A stretch of DNA of 64,000 bases from an uncultured Chitinophagaceae bacterium (GCA_903883945.1 CAISCV010000198.1:5235-69234); one strand, 5' to 3'. Shown: positions 18,903 to 28,443, numbered from the stretch's first letter. Numbers and translations are program-made. The notes: a model not told the origin generated them from the letters alone.

Positions 18903-21900
18903 TTAAAAGTTAACTGCTAAATTGAAACCCCAGAAACGAGTTGGCGGAGTTTGGTTAGCAGTAGTATAACCTGCGTCGTTGAATGAAAAACCATACGGAT
19001 TGGTTGCATTATCATTAAACTCAGGGTCTGTCCAGATGTTATCTTTAGGCCTGAAGGTTAACAAGTTTCTACCAAAAATACTAACAGTAGCACTTTTTAA
19101 AATCTTTGATTTAGCCAAAATCTTGTCTGATATTTTGTAACTCAAAGAAACTTCTCTTAACTTCCAGAAAGAAGCACTTGTTACATAAGGTGTACCAATT
19201 CTATTGATGTTACCAGACCAGAAATTGTAAACATTGCTGATTGTTCTGGTTTTGTTAGAAACATATTTACCTGTTCCATCATCGTAAACAGAGTTAGGGA
19301 AAACAAATTTCTCTCTGTTACCATAAGTAGAATGTGCTGAAATACCAGAGAAATCCAAATCCTGACCAATTGAATTAAAGATTAATCCACCACCTCTGTA
19401 ATCAACAATTGCCAAGAAAGTAAAACCTTTGTATGACAGTGAGGTATTGAATCCTAATCTGTAAGGATTAAAGGCAGAACCAACATTTACTAATGTTGAG
19501 GCACGAGAAGGGTCACCATTTGCATCTACAATTACTTTTCCTGAAGGGTCTCTATTCCAATCATAAACTTTTAAACTAGGAAATGCTTTACCAACAATTG
19601 CATAAGAAACATTACCTAAAGCTACATCAGCTCCACCTGGAAGTGAAACTACTTTATTCTCTATGTAGTTAAAATTAACTCCAAGGTCCCATCTTAGACC
19701 AGATTTCGTATTTAATAATGGGGTAAATTTCAAATCTGTCTCTATACCTATATTCTGAGTTTCACCCTCATTGATTAAGGTAGTGTTATACCCTGTTGCC
19801 CATGAAACTTGAGAAGAAAGTGTTTGATTAGTTGTGTTTTCTTTATAAACAGCAGCAGTTAAGTTGATTCGATTTTTTAAGAAGCCAAGTTCAACTCCTA
19901 ATTCACTTTCAGTTGTTCTTTCATCCTTAATATTAGAGTTATTATTTGTTGTACTAAGTGCGAAACCAGAAGTATTTCCATAAGGAAATCCAGCAGCAGC
20001 AGAAAATGTGTTTTGTGTCAGATAAGCACCATAAGGTGAATTATAATCCAAGTTTATCTGACCAGTAACGCCATGAGAGATTCTAACTTTTGCAAAGTTC
20101 ATTATACTGTTGCTGAATAGATTTGGCATAGCGTCTGAAAGCACAAAAGATACATCACCTCCACCATAACCAAAGTCGTTGTTAACAGTAGAATATTTTG
20201 AATGACGATAAGAACCATGTGCAAATAAATATCCTTTATAACCAACTGTTGCATCAGCAAAAAGGCCTTGAGAGTTTCTTTGAAAATCATTTTCAAAAGC
20301 AGTAGGAGTTCCTACTCTAGTATTGATATTGTAAAAATTATTAAAGTTCAATGCGCTAGCACCAATCCCTAAGAACTTGAGATAGTCTGATTGGAAGCTT
20401 TGACCTAAAATTAATTTTGTTGAAAATACATCAAACTTCTTGTGCAATGAAACTAAGAAGTCACCTGTAAGTTTAGAAGTGAAAACATTTCCTTCATTCA
20501 TTGAAGCATTAGTATGCTTTACACCTGAAGCCAAATTAGAAACTCCATAAGGGTCAGATATTTCATAAGCAGAATATTGAACCCCATTTATAGTAGATTT
20601 ATACAAATTTTCATGACTTGTATAACCTATTCTATAGCTAGCATCTATCCAATCATTCACTTTAAGAGAAGCATTTACATTTCCTACTAAATATTCATCC
20701 CTATCTAAAATTCTTGAATTGTTTATCTGCCACCAAGGGTTTGGATAATAAGCATTGAAATAGTTATTAACATTACCAAATGAATTTAGATCAGAAGTGT
20801 TTTGAAAGTTTCTTAGATCTATATGAGCCGGGGTATTAAGCACAGCAAAATATAATGGACGACTTTGGAAGAATCCTGGTCCTGCAATATTTGCATAGCT
20901 TTGGGTATAAGCGGCAGTATATTCTAACTTAAATTTACCAAAATCTCTGAATCCATTGATAGAAGCATTATTCTTTTTGAAAACATCATTAGGAACAATC
21001 CCTTCAGTGTACACATTTTGAATACCTACATATACAGAACTCTTCTCGTCACCCCCAGAGAAAGAGACATTATTTTGGGTAGTAAAACCTTTGTTCCAGA
21101 AATTTCTTTTAGCATCCTTTAAACCTGTGTATTTAACCATCAATGTGGAATCATAATAAGAACCATCAGCTCTATACATACGTTTTGGTGTACCTAATGC
21201 AACCATGCTTCCATCATATTTAGGTCCAAAGCTTTGGTTTTCGAAAGGAACGTATTTAGTTTTTCCTGTTAATGCATCAATATATTGACCACCTTCACCA
21301 CCATAGGAACCATAGTCATATTGTAAATCAGGCATAATTGAAACTCTTTCAAACTGAATGTTTGAAGAATATTTTACAAAAAGTTTTCCTTTAGTGTCTC
21401 TCTTTGAGGTAACAACCAATACACCATTAGACCCCTCAGAACCATACAATACAGCACCTTCTGACCCTTTGATGATAGTAATATTATCAATATCATCTGG
21501 GTTTAGTGAAGCCAAATATGCGTTTGGCACAATTGCACCATCAACAACTAATAAAGCCTGGTTGTTACCAGTAATAGATCTGTTACCTCTTAGGTTTATC
21601 TTAACGTCTGGATTTACACCATTATTTGTTGTTTGAATCTGTAAACCAGAAACTTTACCAGTAAGTCCATTTATTGCATTAGTGGAGTGAGCAGCGGTCA
21701 ATTCCTCAGCACTCACTTTTTGGGTAGAATATCCAATTTCTTTAGATTGGCGTTTGATACCATAGGCAGTTACGACAACTTCTGATAAATTTTCGATACT
21801 TTTAGTACTCAAAACAATTTTTACACTTCCAGTTGAAGCACTAATCCTTGAAGTAGCATCATCATAGCCTATAGATGAAACAACTAAAACATCTCCAGCC

Positions 21901-22124
21901 TTAGCTGAAATTGTAAAAGAGCCGTCGGAATTGGCAGCAGTTCCGCCTTGTTTCCCTTTTACTTTTACAGAGGCTCCCTCAATGGGCTTGCCTTCTTTGT
22001 CAATAACTTTCCCTGAGATGGGCTTTGTTTGCGCAATGGCTGCTGCAAATAAGCCCACAACCATCACCATAAAAAGTACGATTTTCTTCATATTCATTTT
22101 ATTTAGGTTGGCAAAGTAGTACAA
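18903..22124 (-). CDS. susC: SusC/RagA-family TonB-dependent outer-membrane transporter
   Basis: 1073 aa. It has an N-terminal carboxypeptidase-regulatory-like domain (ISGKVIDKEGKPIEGASVKVKG), a plug (VVVTAYGIKRQSKEIGYS), a long barrel and a terminal ...GFNLAVNF. The true start is probably an internal Met (MNMKKIV...) about 30 nt downstream of 22124. Confidence 0.92.
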   Translation of the reverse strand: MYYFANLNKMNMKKIVLFMVMVVGLFAAAIAQTKPISGKVIDKEGKPIEGASVKVKGKQGGTAANSDGSFTISAKAGDVLVVSSIGYDDATSRISASTGSVKIVLSTKSIENLSEVVVTAYGIKRQSKEIGYSTQKVSAEELTAAHSTNAINGLTGKVSGLQIQTTNNGVNPDVKINLRGNRSITGNNQALLVVDGAIVPNAYLASLNPDDIDNITIIKGSEGAVLYGSEGSNGVLVVTSKRDTKGKLFVKYSSNIQFERVSIMPDLQYDYGSYGGEGGQYIDALTGKTKYVPFENQSFGPKYDGSMVALGTPKRMYRADGSYYDSTLMVKYTGLKDAKRNFWNKGFTTQNNVSFSGGDEKSSVYVGIQNVYTEGIVPNDVFKKNNASINGFRDFGKFKLEYTAAYTQSYANIAGPGFFQSRPLYFAVLNTPAHIDLRNFQNTSDLNSFGNVNNYFNAYYPNPWWQINNSRILDRDEYLVGNVNASLKVNDWIDASYRIGYTSHENLYKSTINGVQYSAYEISDPYGVSNLASGVKHTNASMNEGNVFTSKLTGDFLVSLHKKFDVFSTKLILGQSFQSDYLKFLGIGASALNFNNFYNINTRVGTPTAFENDFQRNSQGLFADATVGYKGYLFAHGSYRHSKYSTVNNDFGYGGGDVSFVLSDAMPNLFSNSIMNFAKVRISHGVTGQINLDYNSPYGAYLTQNTFSAAAGFPYGNTSGFALSTTNNNSNIKDERTTESELGVELGFLKNRINLTAAVYKENTTNQTLSSQVSWATGYNTTLINEGETQNIGIETDLKFTPLLNTKSGLRWDLGVNFNYIENKVVSLPGGADVALGNVSYAIVGKAFPSLKVYDWNRDPSGKVIVDANGDPSRASTLVNVGSAFNPYRLGFNTSLSYKGFTFLAIVDYRGGGLIFNSIGQDLDFSGISAHSTYGNREKFVFPNSVYDDGTGKYVSNKTRTISNVYNFWSGNINRIGTPYVTSASFWKLREVSLSYKISDKILAKSKILKSATVSIFGRNLLTFRPKDNIWTDPEFNDNATNPYGFSFNDAGYTTANQTPPTRFWGFNLAVNF

Positions 22125-22615
22125 AAGATTTAATTGTTAAAATAATATTAATTAAATGTTAGCTTTTTCATGCAAATTTTAACATCTAGCCTAACAAAAC
22201 CACAAAATTCTTCTCTTTTTTTAATGAATTTGCAGTCGTCTTTATAAATTATAGATTTATAGATGTAAAAAATAAAGCAATTTTTGGGGATATTCTTCTT
22301 GCAATTTACAGTTATACAAACACATGTTGGTGATATTGCAATTGTTTAGACCTTTCTGTATGAAAAAAGAGTTTATACATTCGAACTTAATGTACAAAAC
22401 ACTAAGTTATAAAACGCAAATAAGGATATAAAACAGTCAAATGGGTTGCAGGGACATGGTCCTATTACAGGAGTGATTTATTCTTGCCACGAAATAAAGA
22501 TGGAAAAGATTAAACTGATACACCACTAAGGCAATATTATTATCATTTTCTGTTATCACCCCACCACCACCCGTTACTGCGAATGGTTCATATTGCGCAC
22601 CAGAAATAAAATGGG

Positions 22616-22747
22616 AATGACGTGAACTTGTAGAGACGGATGATCATTCGTCTTATTTGCGAAGCAAATTAATCAATTGAATAATCAATTTAAGACGGAT
22701 GATCATCCGTCTCTACAGCTAATGGGATGCAAACATTCCACGTCATT
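22616..22747. repeat. REPIN-like composite: two inverted copies of a palindromic GTAGAGACGGATGATCAYCCGTCT(CTAC) element inside an outer inverted repeat
   Basis: Element copies lie at 22630-22653 and 22693-22716. The outer arms are AATGACGTG (22616-22624) and CACGTCATT (22739-22747). AGACGGATGATCATCCGTCT is itself a perfect palindrome. Confidence 0.7.
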
Positions 22748-22772
22748 GTAACCTTAGGAGATATCTCTCCGA

Positions 22773-22803
22773 AACAAGTCATTGCAAATAGGAATGACTT
22801 GTT
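22773..22803. repeat. Perfect 11-bp-stem hairpin AACAAGTCATT-N9-AATGACTTGTT
   Basis: Read directly. It is preceded by the small GGAGAtatcTCTCC hairpin. Confidence 0.6.
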
Positions 22804-22926
22804 ATTTGTTCAAACGACCCAAACACAGTGAACATCATGTCGACGATAGGAGACATCTCACTGAATATTGGGCACGTCCTTGTAAGGCACGAAGCCGCCT
22901 TTTCAAAATAAAACCTTTCTAAAAAA

Positions 22927-23412
22927 AATGAATGGACGGTGTACCAAAATGAACGATCGGTACACACATTGCCCGACGACGGTGCACAAAAATGAATCGC
23001 CGGTGTACCACACATGGATGGACGGTGCATAAAAATGAATCGATGGTGCACCATACATGGATGGACGGTGTACCAAAATGAACCATCGGTACACACATTG
23101 CCCGACGACGGTGTAACAAAATGAATCAACGGTGTACCTTACATGGATGGTCGGTGTACCAAAATGAACCATCGGTACACACCTTGCCCGACGACGGTGT
23201 GCAAAAATGAATCGACGGTGCACCATACATGGATGATCGGTGTACCAAAATGAACCATCGGTACACACCTTGCCCGACGACGGTGTAACAAAATGAATCA
23301 ACGGTGCACCATACATGGATGGTCGGTACACCATACATGTATTGTCGGTGTACCAAAATGAACCATCGGTACTCACCTTGCCCAACGACGATGTAACAAA
23401 ATGAATCAACGG
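22927..23412. repeat. Tandem array of ~22 sub-units of 21-22 bp, organised as an ~86-bp super-unit (CGGTGTACCAAAATGAACCAT / CGGTACACACCTTGCCCGACGA / CGGTGTAACAAAATGAATCAA / CGGTGCACCATACATGGATGGT)
   Basis: CGGTGTACCAAAATGAAC recurs at 22937, 23066, 23152, 23238 and 23346, giving spacings of 129, 86, 86 and 108. GGTGTACC and GGTACACC in adjacent sub-units are reverse complements, so they can form hairpins. Confidence 0.9.
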
Positions 23413-23542
23413 ACAGAGGGGCTTCTTAACACTTCCCATTTTTTTGGCACATTGGAGGAGAAATATGAAATGAAACATAGGTTTTTAGAAAACTATTCTC
23501 TAAACCATTGAATAAAACTAACTTTGAAAGCTACTTATCTAA

Positions 23543-23965
23543 TTGTGCGTTATGAAAAAGGTACTTTATATCGGGTTAATTGCTGGTGCAATACTTTTTG
23601 TTGTGAGCTATGGTGGATTATTTTTAGCTGTTAAATACTTACCCCAACTATTTATAGATGCTTATGCAAACAATCCACTCATAAACTCAGATGGTATAAA
23701 AGATATCCTTTTTTTCTCACACGCTTTTATTCTAAGCCTTGCTTTATCGTGGTTTTGGGAACGTTTTAAAAGCTTACTAAAAGGAAATTTCATGTTGCGT
23801 GCATTAGAATTTGGTGTGGTGTATGCTGTTGTTGGCTTACTGCCCATCATGTGGATTACTTATAGCGCAATGGATGTAACCTTTACAATGGTTTTTAGTT
23901 GGCTGTTGTATGGATTATTTCAGGCTACAGTGGCTGGTATTGTGTTTGCAAAACTAAACCCGTAA
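23543..23965 (+). CDS. Hypothetical integral membrane protein (about 4 TM helices)
   Basis: 140-aa ORF with four hydrophobic stretches. No family was recognised. Confidence 0.55.
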   Translation: MCVMKKVLYIGLIAGAILFVVSYGGLFLAVKYLPQLFIDAYANNPLINSDGIKDILFFSHAFILSLALSWFWERFKSLLKGNFMLRALEFGVVYAVVGLLPIMWITYSAMDVTFTMVFSWLLYGLFQATVAGIVFAKLNP

Positions 23966-23988
23966 AATTCCCAAGTTAATAATCAATA

Positions 23989-24600
23989 TTAGTCAACTGC
24001 TTTTAAGTCTAAACTAAACTCTACCTCTAGCTTGTCATTTGCTCGTATAATCCCACCCAATTTTCGGGGAGGTGTAATGTTAAAGTCGGAGAAGTTAACA
24101 CTTCTGTCACCTATCAGATGAATAACCTTGGCATTATCCATCGAAAAGCGATAACTCACTTCATACCTTTTTGTAACCCCAGACAGTTCGATATTCACCC
24201 ACCCTTTTATGGGTTCGGGCACATACTTTAGTTCGGGCATCTTGTTTAGAGATAAGAAATTTATATGCATGGTAGGATACTCTTTAGCTTTAAGCGTTTT
24301 TCTCAAATCAAGCGTCATCATTGGATTGTGACAATCAAAGCCATAAATATCTAGGTTTATTTTTCCATTCATATTGATAGTCGCATCCTTGTTTAAGGTA
24401 CCAGTTAGGGTATCAATCGGTGCATTATCTGCTACTAAACAACTAAATGTATTGATGTTGGTACTGCCATTTACCCTTAATGTACCTCCCTTTAGAATTA
24501 ACCATTTTATTTTGATAATCGCATTGCTATTATCCCAAGATAAAATAGTTATTCCAAAAACAAGTACCACCAGGCTATATATAATCCCTTTTAATGACAT
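23989..24600 (-). CDS. YceI-like family protein with an N-terminal membrane anchor
   Basis: 203 aa. GTLRVNGSTNINTFSC...IELSGVTKRYEVSYRF...VNFSDFNITPPRKLGGIIRANDKLEVEFSLDLK fits the YceI-like lipid/polyisoprenoid-binding barrel pattern. Confidence 0.6.
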   Translation of the reverse strand: MSLKGIIYSLVVLVFGITILSWDNSNAIIKIKWLILKGGTLRVNGSTNINTFSCLVADNAPIDTLTGTLNKDATINMNGKINLDIYGFDCHNPMMTLDLRKTLKAKEYPTMHINFLSLNKMPELKYVPEPIKGWVNIELSGVTKRYEVSYRFSMDNAKVIHLIGDRSVNFSDFNITPPRKLGGIIRANDKLEVEFSLDLKAVD

Positions 24601-24755
24601 AACTCGGTATAAAAATATACTAAACTATTGGTTTAGTCTTCAATTGGTAGAGGTCTATTAATAATTTATCCAACTAAAGCATATTACGATGCCTCTAACT
24701 ACGTACATATTTCTTGTTTTCTAAGAAGTTGTTATATTATAGTAAGTTCCCTTAT

Positions 24756-24791
24756 AAAAAACAGCCAGAATGAAATACATCATCCTGGCTG
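24756..24791 (-). terminator. Rho-independent terminator after the porin gene
   Basis: On the minus strand, CAGCCAGGATgatgtatttcATTCTGGCTG is followed by TTTTTT. It starts about 30 nt after the stop codon at 24821. Confidence 0.75.
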
Positions 24792-24820
24792 CCCAACAAA
24801 AAATGAAAAAAGACCCCAAC

Positions 24821-26227
24821 TTAAAAGCCAACAACGGCTTCTACCACATATCCATCAAACTTACCTGTAGAGCGATAATCTGCTGAAGGGAAGCTATTAT
24901 AAACCTGATTTACATATTCTGCTTTTAATAACACGTTTTTAGTCAAGAACCAACCACCTGCCAATGCAATTCTATTTACCTGAACATCTCCTGTGTAGGT
25001 AATTGCTCCTGCGCCTGTGCCACCTTTACTATTTGCCAAATGGGCAGATACTGTGTTGTAACGTGCACCCAAGAAAAGGTTTTCGGTTGCGCCAAATCTA
25101 TAAATAGCATCTACAGCATATTGCTTAGCACTCCTTGTTGAAGTTTCTGCTGCTGTGCGACCTGAGGCAGTTTCAGCTGTACCAAATAGCTCAAAGCCCC
25201 CTGTCTTTAAAAATGCATTGAACATTAAGGCATTAATTTTTTTACTAAAGCCTGGGTTGAAACGACCAGAAAATGCCAATGGGGTTCCTGCACCAGTTGT
25301 ACTACTTGGATTAGCAGAATTTTCCTCCATCACAAATTGATAGTTAGAACCTGTTCTGTCTCCGCCAAAGAGGGTATTACCACCACAACTTTGGTTTCCA
25401 TAATAAGAAGCACTCAAACGCAAGCGAACATTATCAGCTACTTTTCTATCAAAACCAGCTTTCAATAAAATGGTAGGAGATTTATGTAAGTCGCCATCAG
25501 GATTGCTTGCAGCATAAAGAGAATCTATATTTCCCTTTATCATCCCATTTGTTAATCCAAACATTCCGAATAAGCCATTTTTCTTGAAATAAACTTCACC
25601 TCCAATCTCGGTTGCAAATTCATCCATTACATTTCCTTCCATGAAAGGATTGTATAATGCTTGTCCACCATCAGACCTGCGGTAATGTTCATCGCCATAA
25701 TCCACTTCGAAGTGTCCAATTTTGATAGTAGTAATCTTCATCAAATCACCCCAGAATTGTCCTTTGAAAGGAAGTTTATCAAACTGAATGTAGCCACCTT
25801 TTACCCAAGTTTCGTTGTGGTGTTTTGCTGAGAGATAAGAAGTCACATTCAAACGGATTCCATCTGCCAGCTGAACATCCATAAATAAGTTGGCCTGTGC
25901 AGTTTGGAAGCCTGCAGTAATTACTTTCAACTTGTTACCAGGTGTAGAAACTCCGCCAGAGAAAGAACCTACATCGCTCTTAAGTGCGCCAGGGTTTTCA
26001 TCTTTTAAATTTTGGAATTGTTGGGTGAATCCAGCACCCCACCTTACTTTCAATCCATCAAACTTCACCGAATCAGCTTTTGAATCTTCAAAAACATTAA
26101 TACCTGTTTGATCATAAGCCCTGAGGCTACCAATTTTTGGTTGTTGTTGTGCCATCATTGTCATTGGCACGATGCCTAGCACGATTAAAATACAAATCCT
26201 GCTTACATTGTTCATTGTCTTTTTCAT
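24821..26227 (-). CDS. Outer-membrane beta-barrel porin (family not identified)
   Basis: 468 aa with a signal peptide. It shows alternating beta-strand patterns rich in G, Y and N, and a terminal aromatic residue (...YVVEAVVGF). Confidence 0.7.
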   Translation of the reverse strand: MKKTMNNVSRICILIVLGIVPMTMMAQQQPKIGSLRAYDQTGINVFEDSKADSVKFDGLKVRWGAGFTQQFQNLKDENPGALKSDVGSFSGGVSTPGNKLKVITAGFQTAQANLFMDVQLADGIRLNVTSYLSAKHHNETWVKGGYIQFDKLPFKGQFWGDLMKITTIKIGHFEVDYGDEHYRRSDGGQALYNPFMEGNVMDEFATEIGGEVYFKKNGLFGMFGLTNGMIKGNIDSLYAASNPDGDLHKSPTILLKAGFDRKVADNVRLRLSASYYGNQSCGGNTLFGGDRTGSNYQFVMEENSANPSSTTGAGTPLAFSGRFNPGFSKKINALMFNAFLKTGGFELFGTAETASGRTAAETSTRSAKQYAVDAIYRFGATENLFLGARYNTVSAHLANSKGGTGAGAITYTGDVQVNRIALAGGWFLTKNVLLKAEYVNQVYNSFPSADYRSTGKFDGYVVEAVVGF

Positions 26228-26258
26228 ATACTTTATTTTTATTGTTAAAAAAAAGGAA

Positions 26259-26849
26259 TCACTTTCTCAGCGTTACATCAAATTTGAGTACTATATCGTT
26301 TCCGGTTTTGATAGTACCGATCATAAAAGAAGGTGGTTCCATACTAAACTCTTTCATACTAATATTTTTCTTTCCGCTTACGCTAATGCTCTTATCGGCG
26401 TTTACTTTATACGTTGCAACAATGTCTGCGTCACGAGTGGCGCCAGCAATTGTTAGTTTGCCAGAACATTTAATAGTATTATTTCCTACAAGGGTTGCAG
26501 ATGCCAGTTTGTAAGAAATGGTGGGTGCCTTATCTGTTTTTAAGGCTTTATAAGCGTTCTTATCCATTCCAGAATGTTCACTTTTCAGTGCCTCTGCAGG
26601 TATAATTACGGATAATGAAGTAAGTGCAGTTACATCGCCACCTGCATTAAAGCTAAATAAAGCAACACATTCTCCCTTTGCAGCTTTCATATCCCAATCA
26701 TGAAGGGTTGAAGTGCCACTTACCAGTAAATTCAAATCATCTTTTGTACTATACTTTATTTGTGCCTTTGTAACAGCAGCAATCATCAACAATAAAACCG
26801 TCATCATCATGATGCTGATTTTTTCCCTAAAATTCATACGCTTTTTCAT
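26259..26849 (-). CDS. YceI family periplasmic protein
   Basis: 196 aa with a signal peptide. GTSTLHDWDMKA...KLTIAGATRDADIVATYKV...ISMKEFSMEPPSFMIGTIKTGNDIVLKFDVTL is typical of YceI-like domains. Confidence 0.75.
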   Translation of the reverse strand: MKKRMNFREKISIMMMTVLLLMIAAVTKAQIKYSTKDDLNLLVSGTSTLHDWDMKAAKGECVALFSFNAGGDVTALTSLSVIIPAEALKSEHSGMDKNAYKALKTDKAPTISYKLASATLVGNNTIKCSGKLTIAGATRDADIVATYKVNADKSISVSGKKNISMKEFSMEPPSFMIGTIKTGNDIVLKFDVTLRK

Positions 26850-27230
26850 GCCCTTGTATTTAAAATGTAATTAAAATGTTGTTATATCATCCTGAAATCG
26901 AGTGCAAATTAATCAGCGTACTATGGGGTAAAAGTGATGATTGTCACTCTTTAATATGATTATTGACAATAATACGTTTTATAGGTAATGTCAATGTTCG
27001 TTTAAATAATTAAACAAAGGCGCCTACTTATCATTCAATGGCACTTTTATACCTACTATTTGTGGCTAATATTTAGTGTAAATTGTGGTTAAGAAGAAAT
27101 TTATAGTAGAAATTATTTATGAGATTATACTAAAACAAATTATATCATGTTTATGGATAGCTATTGTAAATATCATATTATTTGCGGCATCATCCTTATT
27201 TTATAGTTTATTAGCTTAGTAGTAGGGTAT

Positions 27231-27270
27231 AAAAAAAGGCAGGTATCCCATAAAGAAATACCTGCCTTTT
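27231..27270 (-). terminator. Rho-independent terminator downstream of osmC
   Basis: The stem is GGCAGGTAT...ATACCTGCC, with A7 on the + strand giving a U-run on the minus transcript. It lies 24 nt past the osmC stop. Confidence 0.8.
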
Positions 27271-27293
27271 ACGATAAAATAAAATCTAAACTA

Positions 27294-27704
27294 CTACAAC
27301 AAAGTTGCTTCTGTAGTGATAGTAGTGTTATACAACTTGCTAATAGGGCAATTTGCTTCTGCATCCTTAACACTTGCTTCAAAAGTAGCTGCATCGATAC
27401 CCGGTATAGTTGCTTTTACTATCAAATGAGACAAAGTGATAGCACCATTATCCAGAGTAATCTCGCACTTAGTTTCGATACTTTCAGGTGTAAAACCAGC
27501 TGCACCCAATACAAAACTTAGTTTCATAGTAAAGCATCCTGCATGTGCTGCTGCAACCAATTCCTCAGGATTTGTACCTACGCCTTCTGCAAAGCGAGAG
27601 TTAAATGAATATTGTGTCTGGTTCAATGTCGTACTTTGAGTAGTTAAATGGCCACTACCTTCTTTACCCGAACCATTCCATACTGCTGTTGCGTTACGTA
27701 TCAT
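27294..27704 (-). CDS. osmC: OsmC-family peroxiredoxin
   Basis: 136 aa. The segments AVWNGSGKEGSGHLTTQS...GTNPEELVAAAHAGCFTMKL and ...NCPISK carry the two conserved OsmC cysteines. Confidence 0.9.
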   Translation of the reverse strand: MIRNATAVWNGSGKEGSGHLTTQSTTLNQTQYSFNSRFAEGVGTNPEELVAAAHAGCFTMKLSFVLGAAGFTPESIETKCEITLDNGAITLSHLIVKATIPGIDAATFEASVKDAEANCPISKLYNTTITTEATLL

Positions 27705-27765
27705 GTCTTTTATTTTTTTAGTTAATTAATTGTTCGCAAAGTAAGTATTCTTTCTGCGGCTATCT

Positions 27766-28443
27766 TTGACAAATTATCAAAAAAGGTTTGTGAATTTAGA
27801 AACATTAACACTTGAACTTCTTAACGGAATAAAAGCAACCACCTGGCAAGAGTTTATTGCGGTTTGTTTTGGCATTATCAGCGTATTGTATTCCAGAAAG
27901 GAGAATATCCTTGTTTATCCCACCGGGATCATTAGCACCATATTATATACTTGGTTCTGTTTTGGTTGGTGGAATCTCTATGCTGAGGGGAGCCTGAATT
28001 TTTATTATACCATCATGAGTATCTATGGCTGGTATGCATGGACCAAAAACAAAGATGGTGACGTTTTACCAATGACCTTCAATAATAAAAGGGACTGGTT
28101 TATCTGTTCCATTTTCTTTGTAGTATCTTGGGTGATTCTATATGTTGTACTGATTAACTACACAAAAAGTACTGTTCCATTCGGCGATTCTTTTGCCTCC
28201 GCAACTGCCTATACGGGCATGTGGCAGATGGCACGTAAGAAAGTAGAGAATTGGATGTGGTGGGTATTTACAAACATTGTTTCTATACCGTTGTATTTTT
28301 ATAAAGGAGCTGTATTTACTAGTTTTCAATATGTTGTCTTTACCGTATTAGCTGTAATGGGATGGATTGAATGGAAAAAGAAAATGGCAGCAATGGATAA
28401 TTCGTCTACATCACCATCACATAAACTAATGATTAGCGATTAA
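27766..28443 (+). CDS. pnuC: Nicotinamide riboside transporter PnuC
   Basis: 225 aa and multi-TM. WQEFIAVCFGIISVLYSRKENILVYPTGIIS and the W-rich helices are typical of PnuC. The ORF track start is a TTG, so the true start is uncertain. Confidence 0.85.
   Translation: MTNYQKRFVNLETLTLELLNGIKATTWQEFIAVCFGIISVLYSRKENILVYPTGIISTILYTWFCFGWWNLYAEGSLNFYYTIMSIYGWYAWTKNKDGDVLPMTFNNKRDWFICSIFFVVSWVILYVVLINYTKSTVPFGDSFASATAYTGMWQMARKKVENWMWWVFTNIVSIPLYFYKGAVFTSFQYVVFTVLAVMGWIEWKKKMAAMDNSSTSPSHKLMISD

Noticed and set aside
22779-23478. Four overlapping minus-strand ORFs (116, 191, 66 and 76 aa) with repetitive Cys/His/Val-rich translations
   Set aside because: They lie wholly within the 21-22-bp / 86-bp tandem array. 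The period is not a multiple of 3, so the reading register drifts between repeats, and three frames are open at once. This is characteristic of a compositional artefact and not a gene.
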